Of a stretch of DNA of 64,000 nucleotides, positions 47,407 through 60,935 are shown piece after piece. The position numbers and the translations under genes were made by a program. Position 1 is the stretch's first letter; each line of letters opens with the position of its first letter. Source of the stretch: the human T2T-CHM13v2.0 reference genome, Homo sapiens. The notes below the pieces were generated by a model. That model made no database searches, was not told where the DNA came from, and saw only the letters and a program-made list of their open reading frames with translations. Location: NCBI RefSeq assembly GCF_009914755.1, contig NC_060929.1. The stretch is one strand, 5' to 3'.

Positions 47407-48149
47407 TGTGGCAGGCCAATTCTCCCTGACAATCATACAAACAGGCCTGCATGACAATCACACAGACAGGCCTGCATAGCACTTCAAATACATAGACAAA
47501 TTTCCACAGAGCAGACTGAACATTAAGCAAACAGTTAAACCTAAGGAAATCAGTGCCAAGACATCAAAGCTAGAAATGAAACATATGGTAAGTGGGAGCC
47601 TTGTATGGGCTTCTCCCTAACCTGGAGCAAGCCAAAATAAGGAATGTAAGAGACAGTCTTACACTTCTAGGGCCGACACCCATCTTGGGTCAACAAAATC
47701 TGAGACGAGTCAAGGTAACAGAGGCAGCTGTTTGAATAGATTTATTAGAGAGTCTAAGGCAGCTCTCTGGACCAAGCTGTAAAAGAGATAAGATAGAAAT
47801 CATTACTCCAGTACCACAGTAGACAGGACTTGAAGGTCCTGGAGCTCTCACAGCATATTCGGACTTAGCAAGCTTTTTTTTTTTTTTTTTTTTTTTTTGC
47901 CTCTGACCTTCTAGTTGAAACGAAATTAGTTACCAATAGATTTAGGTGAATGCTACACTGCACGTAGGCACATAACCCCAACCTATATAAGCACTAAGAA
48001 AACCGTAACAGAGTTGGTCTGGTGGAATTATCTCCAGCCTTCTCCCTGTATCCGGTTACAGCAATACATTCCCTTCTTTCCCTGTTTGTCTGCTTCTCGT
48101 TATTGGGCCTTGAGAAAACGCAGCCAGATCCAGCTTGGTTCTGGGAACA
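47407..48149 (+). mobile_element. ERV1 solo LTR, MER50-like
   Basis: tgtggcaggccaatt...cttggttctgggaaca, 743 bp; 4-bp TSD ttac; TATA at 47984-47990. Confidence 0.78.
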
Positions 48150-50004
48150 TTACCACCATTAACTACCAGATAGACTGATTCTCTGTCTAGGGTCTTGTAG
48201 AAGAAGGGTGAAGGAGAGAAAACTTTCCAAAATCACCTCATTACTTTCTCTTGGGCATTCTATTTGAACAGTTTTCTTTGCTTTAATGTATAAACCCTCC
48301 CATGGGAAGGTGTGTGGCATTTCATCACCCCCACAGTTCTGCCTTCCACTAATCCAACCCTTCAGAGGCCAGTTGGGCTCATCTTCTTCAAGGAATGTTC
48401 CCTGGTGGTTCTTTTTGTTTTAATCTGTCCATTGTCTAAACCTCTGTGGCATTACTGTTTATAACAAATAACTTAGAAATGTATCCAGCTCATACATTCT
48501 CTTTTCCTCTTGGAACTTCCCAGTAGTCCTGTGCTCTTGTCTGTAACACTGGAATGTTACTCTCAGTCAGCTGCTAATCTACCATGACCCCTCTATTACA
48601 CTTTTCTTTCTTTATACCATGCATAAACACATATATTCCTACCATTTTATATTTCTGGCCCCTTTTTAAATTTACCAAAGTTATTTTAGGGTCTAAGCAT
48701 TTCTTCACTTTCCTCAGCACCTCGGTGACTTCAGCAAACTAGGAGAAACTTTTATACTGCCCCTTCAACTAGGCCGTTGATTTTGTTTTTACATAGTCTC
48801 TCCTTGAGAGAAATTAGTAGGATCAGTCTGGACCTCCCAAGGGCCCTTAATGTAGCCCCTGATTATCTCAGTTATTTTTCCTTTTTTATTTTTGAAAGAG
48901 TAAGAATGTGGGAACAAAAAATAGCAAGGGTTCTCTGGAGTGCATTGTGCCTACCCAGAAGTAAGAAAACAAAGAAAGGAAGGATCAGTGAGCCAAATAC
49001 CTCTCATACCATTGTCTGTGTACCCTTTCTAGAGCCTGCGCTGAGGGTAAACCAGCACTCACTATTCCCAGGCCTAACATTCTGAAATGTAAATGCTTCC
49101 CCCTGAACATTTGGGTTTGGGTTTACCTAGTCTTCAGGAGCAGCACTAGTTTTCTTAATTAGCTTTGGGAAGACTAGATGGAAAAGCATTCTTCATTTTC
49201 AATATTTATTTTGTTTTGTAACATCATTTTACTGGGTTCCAACCTAGTAAGATGGGGACAGGGAGGAAGAATTTCTCCTCTTGAATTTTAGTCCTGCATG
49301 TGCCAAATCACACAATAAAATACACACATAAAACGCAACAGATGTCCATAAAATATTCATTTGTTAAACAAATACTTTCCATGCATGCAAAGAGAGGGCC
49401 ACGCTAATCAGAGAGAGCATGCTCTTGCATAAAACCAGTGAATGCATATTATCACGCTTGAGAAATCTCAATATCAACTAATGTGCACTTAACACCTAGC
49501 CATCCATTTCCCAAGTATCTACTTTATCAAATATGTACTTAACAGTATGAGAGTTACTATGAGTCATAAAAATATATATATAGGATCCCGTATCCTCAGA
49601 AACATTATAAAGAAGCTTTACAATCTCATAGAGATGTGAGTGATACATGCACTGTACTATGGGGGAATTTTGTTTGACGAAATTATTATCAAGGGTAAAA
49701 ATTCCAGGCAGAAACAAAGGTATGTTAAGATCTTCTATACTGCCCTCCCAGGTCTGAACTACATACTGCTGAGAAGGGGAGCAGAGACATGATAAACCTA
49801 AGGATGCTTTATATTTAGCTTTCAAATGCGTGGAATAGAGGATTCCTGTTCCCACTTCTGCTTGCCTTTAGTCAATGTGAAATTGCACTCCCAAAGCTTG
49901 TATCAATTTATCAAGAGAGGAAGGTAAGAAAAACTTATGAAGTGCCTAAAGAAAGCTGGTTGGGAAATCAACATTAACAGATGATTCGCTACCCATGGTT
50001 TGCA

Positions 50005-50140
50005 TTTTTATGACACTCTACAATTCACATGCATGATTGGTCCTCCTAACAACCCTTCAAGGTGGACAATATAGGTATTATCCGGTTTTACAGATAAAGG
50101 AAATTAAAGGTCAAAGAGATTATCTGACTTGTCCAACAGC
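50005..50140 (-). mobile_element. MIR
   Basis: cctcctaacaaccct...ttttacagataaaggaaattaaaggtcaaagagatt...tgacttgtccaa. Confidence 0.7.
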
Positions 50141-50146
50141 CTGAAT

Positions 50147-50625
50147 GTATCCTTTGTGGTCCTGGCAGGAAATAGATGGCACATCTCAAGGATTTGACTG
50201 AAAATAGTTGAAGAGTAAAGCTAAGGGGGCCAAAAAGAAAAAAAAAAAAAAAAAAGATGGTAAAGCACTCAGGGACTAAAAGCAGGAAGCAGGACTACAC
50301 GCCGAGGCCTGAAGAAGAGGAAACAATGTTCCCGGAGCCTGGTGAAAGCTGCCACCACGAGAGGATCTGTGTGGCAGGAGCTGTGGCCTCGGACAGTGAA
50401 CACAGGTACTGCCAGAATTGTGACAAAGCAGGCATAAAGCCAGCGAAGAAATACTCTGATCCTGCCCTCTTGTCACCTTCCAGTCCCCTGCCAGTACCTC
50501 CAATGTGCCAAAATAAAGCAGAAGCCAGAGAGTAAGGATTTCAGATGAGGCAACCAAAAGAGGTCAGCTTCCCGGGCACAGAACTGGTCAAAATAGGGTG
50601 GAATGAATCTGACGGATGTGGTGGA
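50147..50625 (-). mobile_element. LTR33/LTR41-like ERVL LTR
   Basis: ggtcctggcaggaaatagatggcaca...gatggtaaagcactcagggact...gcaggaagc. Confidence 0.45.
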
Positions 50626-51579
50626 CATAGAGGGGAGCAGCATGCCAAGCAGACATATCTACTTTCCTGTCTACAAATCCCATGCTCTTTTCCCTATAGG
50701 CACTACTGAGATACAGAGTAAACTATCATTGTTTGAAAAAACTAGGAAGGAGACTTCAGTCTTATTGAGATATGTATTTCTGCAGGTTAGGCTGAAGCCT
50801 CTGCATGTCCCGATGCCTGATGGAGATGGAGGAATCCTTTCTACCCAGACAGAAGTCACACTATGTAGCCTGTCCTCTTTAGAACGTAAGTACATTTTCA
50901 TTTCTTCAAAACTGATGCAACCCCCAGAGGGAAAATATATGATTGAGTTTCAGCGTAATGTTAAGCTCTACAAAAACAAAAATTGAAAAAGATGATGGCA
51001 GATGGGTTAGGTGTTGTATATGACAAACTATCAGAAAAAAAAAAAGTTATACTTTCATACGACAAGCAGTCTTACAGGTAGTATACATTTTTTTCTGGGA
51101 AGGACTTAAAATGAAATGATAGAGAATGTGGTAGTCATTAAGCCTACTTCACATATTAATCAAGCAAAATAACCTTTTTTTCACCGAGTGCAGAAACAGA
51201 TTTGAAACTCAACACTTTCAGTCCTGTTGGCATCCACTGTACAATTGTATTCACTCTGTTCATCTTTTGCTCAAGTGCCTGCTTATCTCTTCCATTCTGG
51301 TTCTCAGGTGTCTAAAAATTCCTTAAGTTCAGCACAGTCCTTTCCAAGTATTAGTAGAAAGATCACTACAAAGTGTAAAAAAAAAAATCCTGAGACTGTA
51401 TTACCTTAGTATGAATACAGTTTATCAAACTACTTTCCTGCTTTAATTAGAGAATGTTATACTACAGAAAGAAAACACAAGAAATACTTTCAACAACAAC
51501 AAAAAAGTAATGAAAACACCGTAAGCCTTTGAAAAGAAAATAGAGAAAAGAAACTCTAGAGTTGAAGAAGAGGTTGCAG

Positions 51580-51960
51580 ATTGTGGTGGCGGAGGCCGTG
51601 GACACCCGTGGAGGACAAACTTTCTCACTTATTTGCCCAGGGCAGGCCCTAGACAGCCTCTCATTGTGGCGGTGGAGTCCTTTTGTGACCGGTCCTAGGT
51701 GCTTTTACTCAGCAGACTAGTATTTGTGACTGTACTGAAAGCTAAGCAAACGGTCACCGAGTGTTTCACCTTCCCCACAAAGCACTCTGGCTTTTATTCC
51801 TTAAAGAAATCAATCCAGTTTCCTTTAGACAGATTTCCTCTACGCTGAAACTAACTACACTTCCTTCCACTGAATAAACCACGGCCCCGGCTTATCCACT
51901 GCCACTTCCAAGTGTTTGTTTTCTTTTTCCCCAGAACAATGACGACTGTAGCGAATTCTA
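51580..51960. promoter_or_regulatory. Candidate promoter/enhancer patch (locally CpG-enriched, non-repeat)
   Basis: About a dozen CpGs in ~370 bp against a CpG-poor background; ETS-like (acttcc, tttcct) and IRF-like (gaaactaact) motifs; minus-strand splice donor AA|GTGAGA at 51629. Confidence 0.3.
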
Positions 51961-54644
51961 GATAGTGAGCCCAATACCTGAAATACCCTTTATCAATTAA
52001 TTACACTATTTGGCAGGCTCCAAAAGAGTGACAAATACAATCTTTCCTTTAGAAGAAATTTAAAGAAAAAAGAATATCAAGGGTATCTAATGAAAATAAT
52101 TAAATAAGCAAAACTGTTCAATTTTATAGTGATGCAGATACAATAATATGATCAACCTTCTGTGACCTGTTTGCCAATTAGGGCAGAGTCGCGAAGCCTG
52201 AAATAGTAGAGGGAAATGGTCAACATCCTTACAACTAAATTGATTTTTTTGTTTTGTTTTCCAACTAATGTGTTTTTAAGTAAACCAGAGTATCAGGCAG
52301 GGTAATTGGCTAAAGCCTGAAGGTGGCTAAAGCCTCAGGGGGAAAGGGCTTTTCACCCTGGCTTTTCTTCTGCTCATGGTGTGCATGAGAAAATACTGTT
52401 CTCAACCTAGCCATCATTCAGATGGAACTCCTGGGTCAGGTATTTTAACCCAGTGAAGATGTTTGTGAAAAGACCGTCATTATACATTTTGACTAAGGAT
52501 GACCTAATTTGGTACAGCCCAATTTATCATCCCACAGTGTTCTTCAATTATGCAACATTCCCTCTGTGTAAGCTCCTATCTAAAAGAATTTGACAGTCAT
52601 GAGATACTAAATGTTGATGGCAAGAACTCTCTTAAAACAATGTTTTTCAATTTTAAGAAATTATATAGTCATAGTACAGAAAATTCCATGCCTACTCATT
52701 AATAAGTATCTTAAATGTTTCCTACCTGCATTCATTCATTCTATCAGGCACTCAATACAACCTGTTAACTTGTTTTTTAGATTTCTATTTTCTACCAGTT
52801 AAATAACTCACAGGTGCCAGGCATTGTGTTAGGTATAGATAGTCTCACGTATTGTCTCCTAAATTCATTACAGAAATCCTGAGTTAGATATCACCTTCAA
52901 GAGACCTTGCTATGGACACGGGGGATTATTATTACTAAGATGCAGGCCTTGTGCTACACAAATACATCAGAATTAGATTTTTAAAGATATCCAATTCTTA
53001 GCATTATTTAAAAATTTCTTTGCAAATTTTTGACCAAATAGTTCCTCACCATTGTACCATTTTTTACTCTATTTCGAAAAATCACATTCCTGTGGTAGCA
53101 ACACATGGTAAGCAGATCTACTCTAGAGCACACTTATTCCTGGTGAAAATCTTGTAAATGCATACTCTCGGTCACAAGATTAAAATGCATTAAACGACTT
53201 GGCCCAAATTCAACACTTATAGTAAAAACAGTTTGATATGCACAGCCCAGTGATACTGAGACTCTTATGTCACTTTTATATATAGTGACCACTTTTTAAT
53301 TTAATGTGCTAGTGTGCTCCATCAACCTCAGAAAAGTGAAATGTATCAGTATTTTGTCGGCCCTTCCAAGGCAAGTGTAAGGGCTATAAATGAGCAGAGC
53401 TGAAACACAGGGTCTAAGATGTTTGAAGGTTAGTGGGAGAAGGGTTCTCAGGAGCATTTTACAGGCAAAAATGTGAATAACTAAATGAAACAACAGAGAT
53501 ATATAATGCTAATATATTCATGGCCATAGATGAAATTAACTGGCAGAAGCTAAAATGCATCACAGTGGTATCACTGCCAGTATTATCCTCAAGATTTTAT
53601 CTTCCTTCAACCTTCATTCTACAGGGATCAGATTAAATCAGCCACAGTGGAAATTCAATTTAACTCAATAGCATTGCTGAATAAATCTGATTACTCACTT
53701 CTTTATCTTTTGATACCTGGACCATACTATTACCTGGGCCTCGGTCATCTTTTATTTAAATTAGAGGAGATTCTGTTTTGGTTTTCAGAAAGTTTAAGAC
53801 AACTCATCCAGGTTAGGTCCTCTTAACAGAATATTGCCTCATTTTAAGATAATTTTTCCACCCTAAAAAGAGACTCTCCAGGCAATGGAGATTTCTGCCT
53901 CCTCTTCAGATCTACACTTTATATCTTTGTAGATCTGGCATGTCTCCATGAATCCCTTTAAATGAAGTGTGATTTTTAAACATTTTGGTTCAGACTTGGG
54001 GCTGAACATACTCTACTCACACATAAAAGAACAAATTAAATTTTAGCCCAGGATACTTGTGGATATAAGGCCTACAGATTCTGGCAATGCCAGCTAGGTA
54101 TATTCTTTAGTGTCTCTTTAAATCTTTCTTAATGTATAAATGACATTTAAAAGCCCCTTTTTCATTGCAGTTGGCAGAGTACCTAAGACCGTAACAAGTT
54201 GCTTCCCCAGTAAATGTCATTTTCCCTTAACCACAGGGCTATAATTTAAAACCGTAGATTTTTTTTTTTTAAGGGAGGTGAAAAAAAAAAAAAAAAACCT
54301 TCTGGGAGTGAAGCCTAGAATTTCCCATCTATGAAAAATGGGAGTTGTTACAGAGTGGGAGACTGGCTAGAGGCCAAGAGCCTAGAGTTACTGACTTCAA
54401 AATGGTTTTTCAGACCAATATATCAGACGGAGGAGTCCTATGTCTACACTAGCCATGGCAACTTATAAAGGAGAGGAAAACAGAAGGCAGGTGGCAAGAG
54501 CTTGGTGCAGTGCAATAGTTAAACATACACACTTTGGAGCCAGAAACTAGGTTCAAATCCAAGTTCTACTACTTGCTTATTTTGTGACCTTAGACAACTT
54601 AGTTTAAGTTTCCCTATTGTAAAATAGAGGTAATGATAGCACCA

Positions 54645-55653
<1,009 letters not shown>

Positions 55654-56741
55654 AACAAGCTTCAAAAACCCTTGGGAGGATTAACCGAGTTACAATAAAT
55701 ATAAAGCATTTAGTGCCTGAATTGCTATGTAAAAATTCCCATTATTATTTTTCACAGACTGGATTTCTTAGGAGGATACAGAAGGTCTAAATGACCTGCC
55801 AACCACGTGTTCCTGTGCTAGAACTCAGAATTAAACCTAGACCTCTCCTGATCTATTCAAGCTTTTCTTCTTCATGCTACATTCCTGATAGCATTTGGCC
55901 TATGATGATGACCTTCCTGGAGAATGCTTCTCCCTATAGCTGTTTCTTCTGCTTCTTAAGCAGCTATTTCAGAAGAAATAGTACTTCATCTTTTTCAGCT
56001 TGAATCCATAGGTAACAAACTTCTTCCTCATGGGGTGCTGCTATAGGTGGGCTCTTCCATTTGGTCCTCAAAATATGGACAGGGCTGGGGGGAAGGAGTC
56101 ACACCACGACAGCCAAGCTGCAGACTCTGTTTGTATAAATCATTGCAGATGTACAGTGCTGCCTTAGAAGGGTCAGCCAACTAGACCCATCTAAATACTA
56201 GATGGTATTTAGAAAAGGCTGGAGTTTCCAAAGCCACTTCTCCTTCCCTCCAAAGTATAAATCAGTTTGAGCCTGTAGGCTGACTGGTACTCTCAGGTGA
56301 CCTGGTCCACTAAAAAATATACAAAACTTCCAGTCAATCTGGGGAAGAAAATTCTTTACTTTGATCCCATATCTAATTAGATTCAAGAGCATATTTTGCA
56401 TTCTGAAGGCGGAGCTTGCTTACAGTGATGTACCAGATCTCTCTTTTGTGCACATCCCAGCAGGAAGTATCTACACAGAACCTTGATAATAATAATCACC
56501 AGTAATCCCTCCTCACCTGGCTGCTCTCCTCCTCGGTGAGTCACTGATACACTGGAAAGACATGCAATGGCAGCTCCTGGAAGGTTTGAAACCACTGGGT
56601 ATAGAGTTTCTAGGGGTTCACACCGAGTACCAGTGGTGTAAATACATGTGAGGGGAACACGGTGTGGAAGTATAGTAAACCTTATGTCTATATGGTGGAA
56701 AATTTTGAAATCATGTGCTACTACTAAGTGTCCTTTATCAT

Positions 56742-57075
56742 ATTATTAGTTTGTTAGGACTAGCAGAACAAACTACCATAGATTGATGGCTTCAACAGCT
56801 GAATTTGTGTTTTTTACAGTTTGGAGATTAGAAGTCTGAGATCAAGGTGTCAGCAGAGTTGGCTTCGGAGGCCTTTCTCCTTTGGATTGCAGGGGGCTTT
56901 CTTCTCCTGTGTGTTCACAGAGTCTTTCCTCTGTGCATGCACACCCCTTGTGCCTCTTCCTCTTCTTATAAGAACATCAGTCACAGAGGCATAAGGCCCA
57001 CCCATATGACCTCGTTTTACCTTAATAACCTCTTTACATGCCCTGTTTCTACATATAGTCACATCCTCAGAAAGT
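56742..57075 (-). mobile_element. MLT1B/C-like MaLR LTR
   Basis: agaagtctgagatcaaggtgtcagcag...tcttcttataagaacatcagtca...atagtcacat. Confidence 0.75.
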
Positions 57076-57599
57076 GAAACCACAGATAAGGGAAGACTAC
57101 TGCACATTTGTGACTTACCTAGCCATTACTTCAACCGCATATCATCACAGGCATCTTCTTTACAGTACCCGCTGAGAAAATAGTAAATATGTATCTCTTC
57201 TTGAACATTACAGTGATGGAAAAGTCACTTCCCTGAAAGTCAACATATTCCACTTCATTACTGAACCAGTCTATATACTAGAAAGGCGTTCCCATTCATT
57301 GTACTTACAGCTACCTCCTACAGCATCTAGCCAATGGTCTTGATTATGCCCTTTGTAACCACATAGAAGTTAGATCTTTTAACTTTCCTTTCTCTGGAGA
57401 ACTTCTATCAACACTTTTCTTCAGTTTTATGTTCCACATTCTTTTTGTTTGTTTTTATAGGTCATGCTACTGAATAGTCTAGAACAGTAAGAACAGAATA
57501 TATAAGGACTGTAAAATTGTTTGAACTAGAAGGACAGGGAGATTACTTAACCTAATCAGCATATTTATCATGGGGAAAAGAGTCCAAGAGAACTAAAGT

Positions 57600-57678
57600 A
57601 TACACATAAAGTTATATATATAAAACATAACATAAATGTTATATATATATATATGTTATATATATAACATAAAGTTAA
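57600..57678. repeat. TA-rich low-complexity tract
   Basis: (TA)n blocks, including the 18-bp palindrome atgttatatatataacat at 57653-57670. Confidence 0.8.
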
Positions 57679-57959
57679 AGTTCTAAATAATTGGGGCTGG
57701 AATTAGAATATATGTCTCTAGTCTCCTTTTCACTATGTCAAGTGGCTTCCAATCTTCAATGCAGTAATGTTTACATTTCTGTGTAACACAGGGCATATTT
57801 TTAAATCTTTATTTAACAGATGAGGAAATAAGACTCATCAGGTTTTTATAAGGAAAGAGCTTGAATAGAAGAACAGCTTCCGGTTCAATATTAATTGGCC
57901 AGTTCATTTAAAAAAAAATCAAAAACCTTCCACTGAAAATTTGACAGTGCATCACTGAG

Positions 57960-58385
57960 AGGCCTACACTAAAGAGGGCTTAACTGAAAAGAACTGAAGG
58001 GGCTGTTTACAGAGCAGTGCTGAGTTATGGGAGAAAAGGGAAACTGTGATGCATCTAGAAACTAGGAGAAGTGAAAAGCCATTACTATTCTTAGGTCTGG
58101 AGGAGCAAGGGGAGAAACCAGGGTTTATTCCTGGCAAAATGGAGGAAAAATGGCTGCCCCATATAAAAGCTGGGGTCTTAGAGGGTCATCTGTTGCCAGA
58201 ATGCTGTAAAGCCAGGAGGACTGGGGTAAACCTCCTGGACTTCTTTTTCATCTTGCCCTTAGTTTCTTACTGGTGTCTCTCATTAGCCAAATCTACACAG
58301 AAACCAGGAGCAAGGGAGCTTATTGGTGTACAAGGAAGAGAAAACAACGGGTGGAGCAGAGAAAATAACCAGTGCAGGTTGAGAG
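57960..58385 (-). mobile_element. LTR33-like ERVL LTR relic
   Basis: Similar layout to the 50.1-50.6 kb element (gggctgtttacagag...ctcattagccaaatctacacagaaaccaggagcaaggga). Confidence 0.4.
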
Positions 58386-58393
58386 TAGAAGGA

Positions 58394-59071
58394 TGTAAGC
58401 ACCTGACAGATGCTTCCCAGCCACCACACAAACAGAATCAATCCACTGAGACCATGGCACTGCAGTAGAGAAAGAAAGAGTTTTATTGACGCAAGGCCAG
58501 TTCTCACATGGGAGAACTAAAGTTATCACTCAAATATCACTTCCTCCTGAAGGCTCAGAGGTTAGGGGTTTTATGGACAATTTGGTGGGCAGGGGGCTAG
58601 AGAAGAGTGCTGCTGATTGGTTGGGGATGAAATCACAGGGGTGTGGAAAACCATCCTCACAGGCTGAGTCTACCTCTGGTAGGGCCACAGGGCCAGCTGA
58701 GTCATGGGTCATGAGTCTGGGTGAGGTCAGTGAGAAACACCTAAAGAAAAACCAATGTTAGGTTCCACAATAGTGATGTTATCTATAGGAGCAATTGAGA
58801 AGTCACAAATCTTGTGACCTCTGGCCACATGACCCTTGAGCAGTAAGAAATTATAGAAACTATGCCTACATCATTGCAGAATTCAGGCCCCTCCCATAAT
58901 CCTATACCTGTGACCTTTCATTGGTCTTATAAAGTGAGTATTTGGTCCCTGGGTCAGTTTTAGGGAGGGACTATTATCATAATTCCTCCCAAAGTTAGCT
59001 TGCTCTATGCCTAGGAATGACCAAGGACAGCTTGGAAATCAGACTGTCATAATTTTGCAAAGGTGGTCTTA
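58394..59071 (-). mobile_element. ERV1 solo LTR, LTR8 family (LTR8A/B-like)
   Basis: Ends ctgtcataattttgcaaaggtggtctta (reverse of the LTR8 5' end); 678 bp; 4-bp TSD-like agga/ggga. Confidence 0.75.
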
Positions 59072-59457
59072 GGGACATCAGTAAAAACAAGTGCTTTCAG
59101 CCAGGCTCTCTTTTTAGCTAGTGGTTAACTATTTGATGCTTTTAATAGCCTTAGAAAAGTTGAAAGGATAGGGAGATATATAAAAAATATTCTAGAATCT
59201 ATAAACACAACTTTTAAAAGAAAATGTATTCTTTGTTAAAATCACATCAGAAAAACAAACTGCTAAGATGTCTAATATGTCTCTGTTGATAAATGAAACT
59301 CATCTTGTTCCTTACCTGGCCTAAAATGAGTGGGCCTGCTTTATTATATTTAATGCAGCCTACAGTTCTCTCCTGGATCCTTGTCAAAATCTGTTGTAAG
59401 GAACTTATTGAGCTTGAACCTGTCCTAGAAATTAGTTAGACTTCATTTTCAAATGAA

Positions 59458-59593
59458 GTTTTTCTTTTTTAAATTAAATAGAGGAGACATGGTCTTACTA
59501 TGCCGCCCAGGCTGCTCTCACAGTTTGGGGCAATCCTTCTGCCTTGGCCTTCCAGAGTGCTGGGATTTCAAGCATGAGCCACCACACTCAGCA
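59458..59593 (-). mobile_element. FLAM / Alu monomer
   Basis: Single left-arm-like monomer (gagacatggtcttactatgccgcccaggctg...gagccaccacactcagc). Confidence 0.75.
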
Positions 59594-59722
59594 CTATTTT
59601 GTCAAAAAGTCTATGTCAAAGCTACCCTCCTTCTATTATTCCATCCCATACCATTTTCTGGCTTTATGGATATATCTCACCCCCAAAATACATGGATTAT
59701 TTTTCTAGCTACCCTAGAATAT

Positions 59723-59938
59723 TAGGGTTTTTTGACCTCAGGATTGTTGACATTTTGAGCCAGATAATGCTTTGTAGGTAATGAGGGTTAACCTGGCATT
59801 ATAGCTGTTTAGCAGCATCCTTGGCCTCTGCCAACTAGAGGCCAGTAGAACTGCCCCAGCTGTGATAAGGAAAAACGTCTTCATACATTGCCAAATGTCC
59901 CTGGGAGGTAAATTGTCCCTGTTTGAGAGCAACCTCTG
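59723..59938. mobile_element. MER20 hAT-Charlie MITE
   Basis: gttgacattttgagccagataatgcttt...cattgccaaatgtccctggg. Confidence 0.82.
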
Positions 59939-60749
59939 TAAATGCTGGAGAAAGGAAACCCAGGCTCAAATTTATCTGGCTGTATCCAGGCTCCTCCAGG
60001 TGCTTTGTGTTTGCAGTGATCCCAGCTAGCTCAACTAAGTCCAAATAAAACTAGGCAAAGATCATAAACTGTTTAAAGGAGAGAAATCAATTGAACCTTG
60101 TTTTGTTTTGTCAGCCAGCAAGAGAAAAACCTACAGCCAGGTGCTTGCTTAAGACCAAAAGAATAAATTTTATACACCAAACCCCACAAACTCTAAAATA
60201 AGGCTTTATAAGGTGTCAGATTGTGAACTGACTTTCCCTAGTTACAATCTCTACCAAATGGTTTTAATGTGGCTTGTAACTCAAATGTTTAGTCTGAAGG
60301 AGTCAGGGAAGAACTGAATCCTCAGCAGAACTGAACCAAAGCCTTTTAAAGAGCTGAATCACCTGGCTGCATGAGTCTCGGCACAGACTGAACTGTTGCC
60401 CACAAAGAGGAAACTGGGACTTTCAAGGGATTATTTTGAAGGTGACTGTAGGGGAATGTAGTACAAGGACATCTGTGTTTTCAAAACCTTGTGAAGTTTT
60501 CCCCCCACAAGGGCATTGTTTTAATTTATCTCTGTGATGCAGGCAATCTTCCTAACCTAAAGTACTGGAGATAACTAAGTTCCACAATTTTTTATCTACA
60601 AAAGAATTCAGTTGGGCAAAACACCCTTGAACAGCCGTGATCCATTCCCATGGGGGAGGAAAAGTGAGTTCTTCCTTTTGATGAAGCACCACCCTGAGGA
60701 GTAGGAGACTAAAGAGTAGGAAGGAATCCTAGAGACATTCAGTGCAATC

Positions 60750-60935
60750 ATGTACTTTTCAAACTTTTGCTTGTGTAAGAATCACCTATGAGGAACAATG
60801 TAGTATAAATGCAGATTGCACGGCCAACCCACAAAATTCTAATTCAATAGGTGCAAGATAGACCCGGGAATCTGTGTTTCAACAAGGATTTTTGAGCATG
60901 AAGCACGTGGCAAACAGATCCTGACCAGAAACACT
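60750..60935. mobile_element. MER5A/B-like MITE (followed by a short MIR relic to ~61060)
   Basis: taagaatcacct...aaatgcagatt...ccgggaatctgtgtttcaacaag...agaaacactg. Confidence 0.55.

Noticed and set aside
50603-50986. 127-aa ORF
   Set aside because: It starts in an LTR relic and has no recognisable domain. Only the internal 100-nt segment has splice signals.
57653-57670. 18-bp perfect palindrome
   Set aside because: It is largely explained by self-complementary (TA)n low-complexity sequence.
58046-58468. 140-aa ORF
   Set aside because: It spans the junction of two LTR relics and is a chance ORF.
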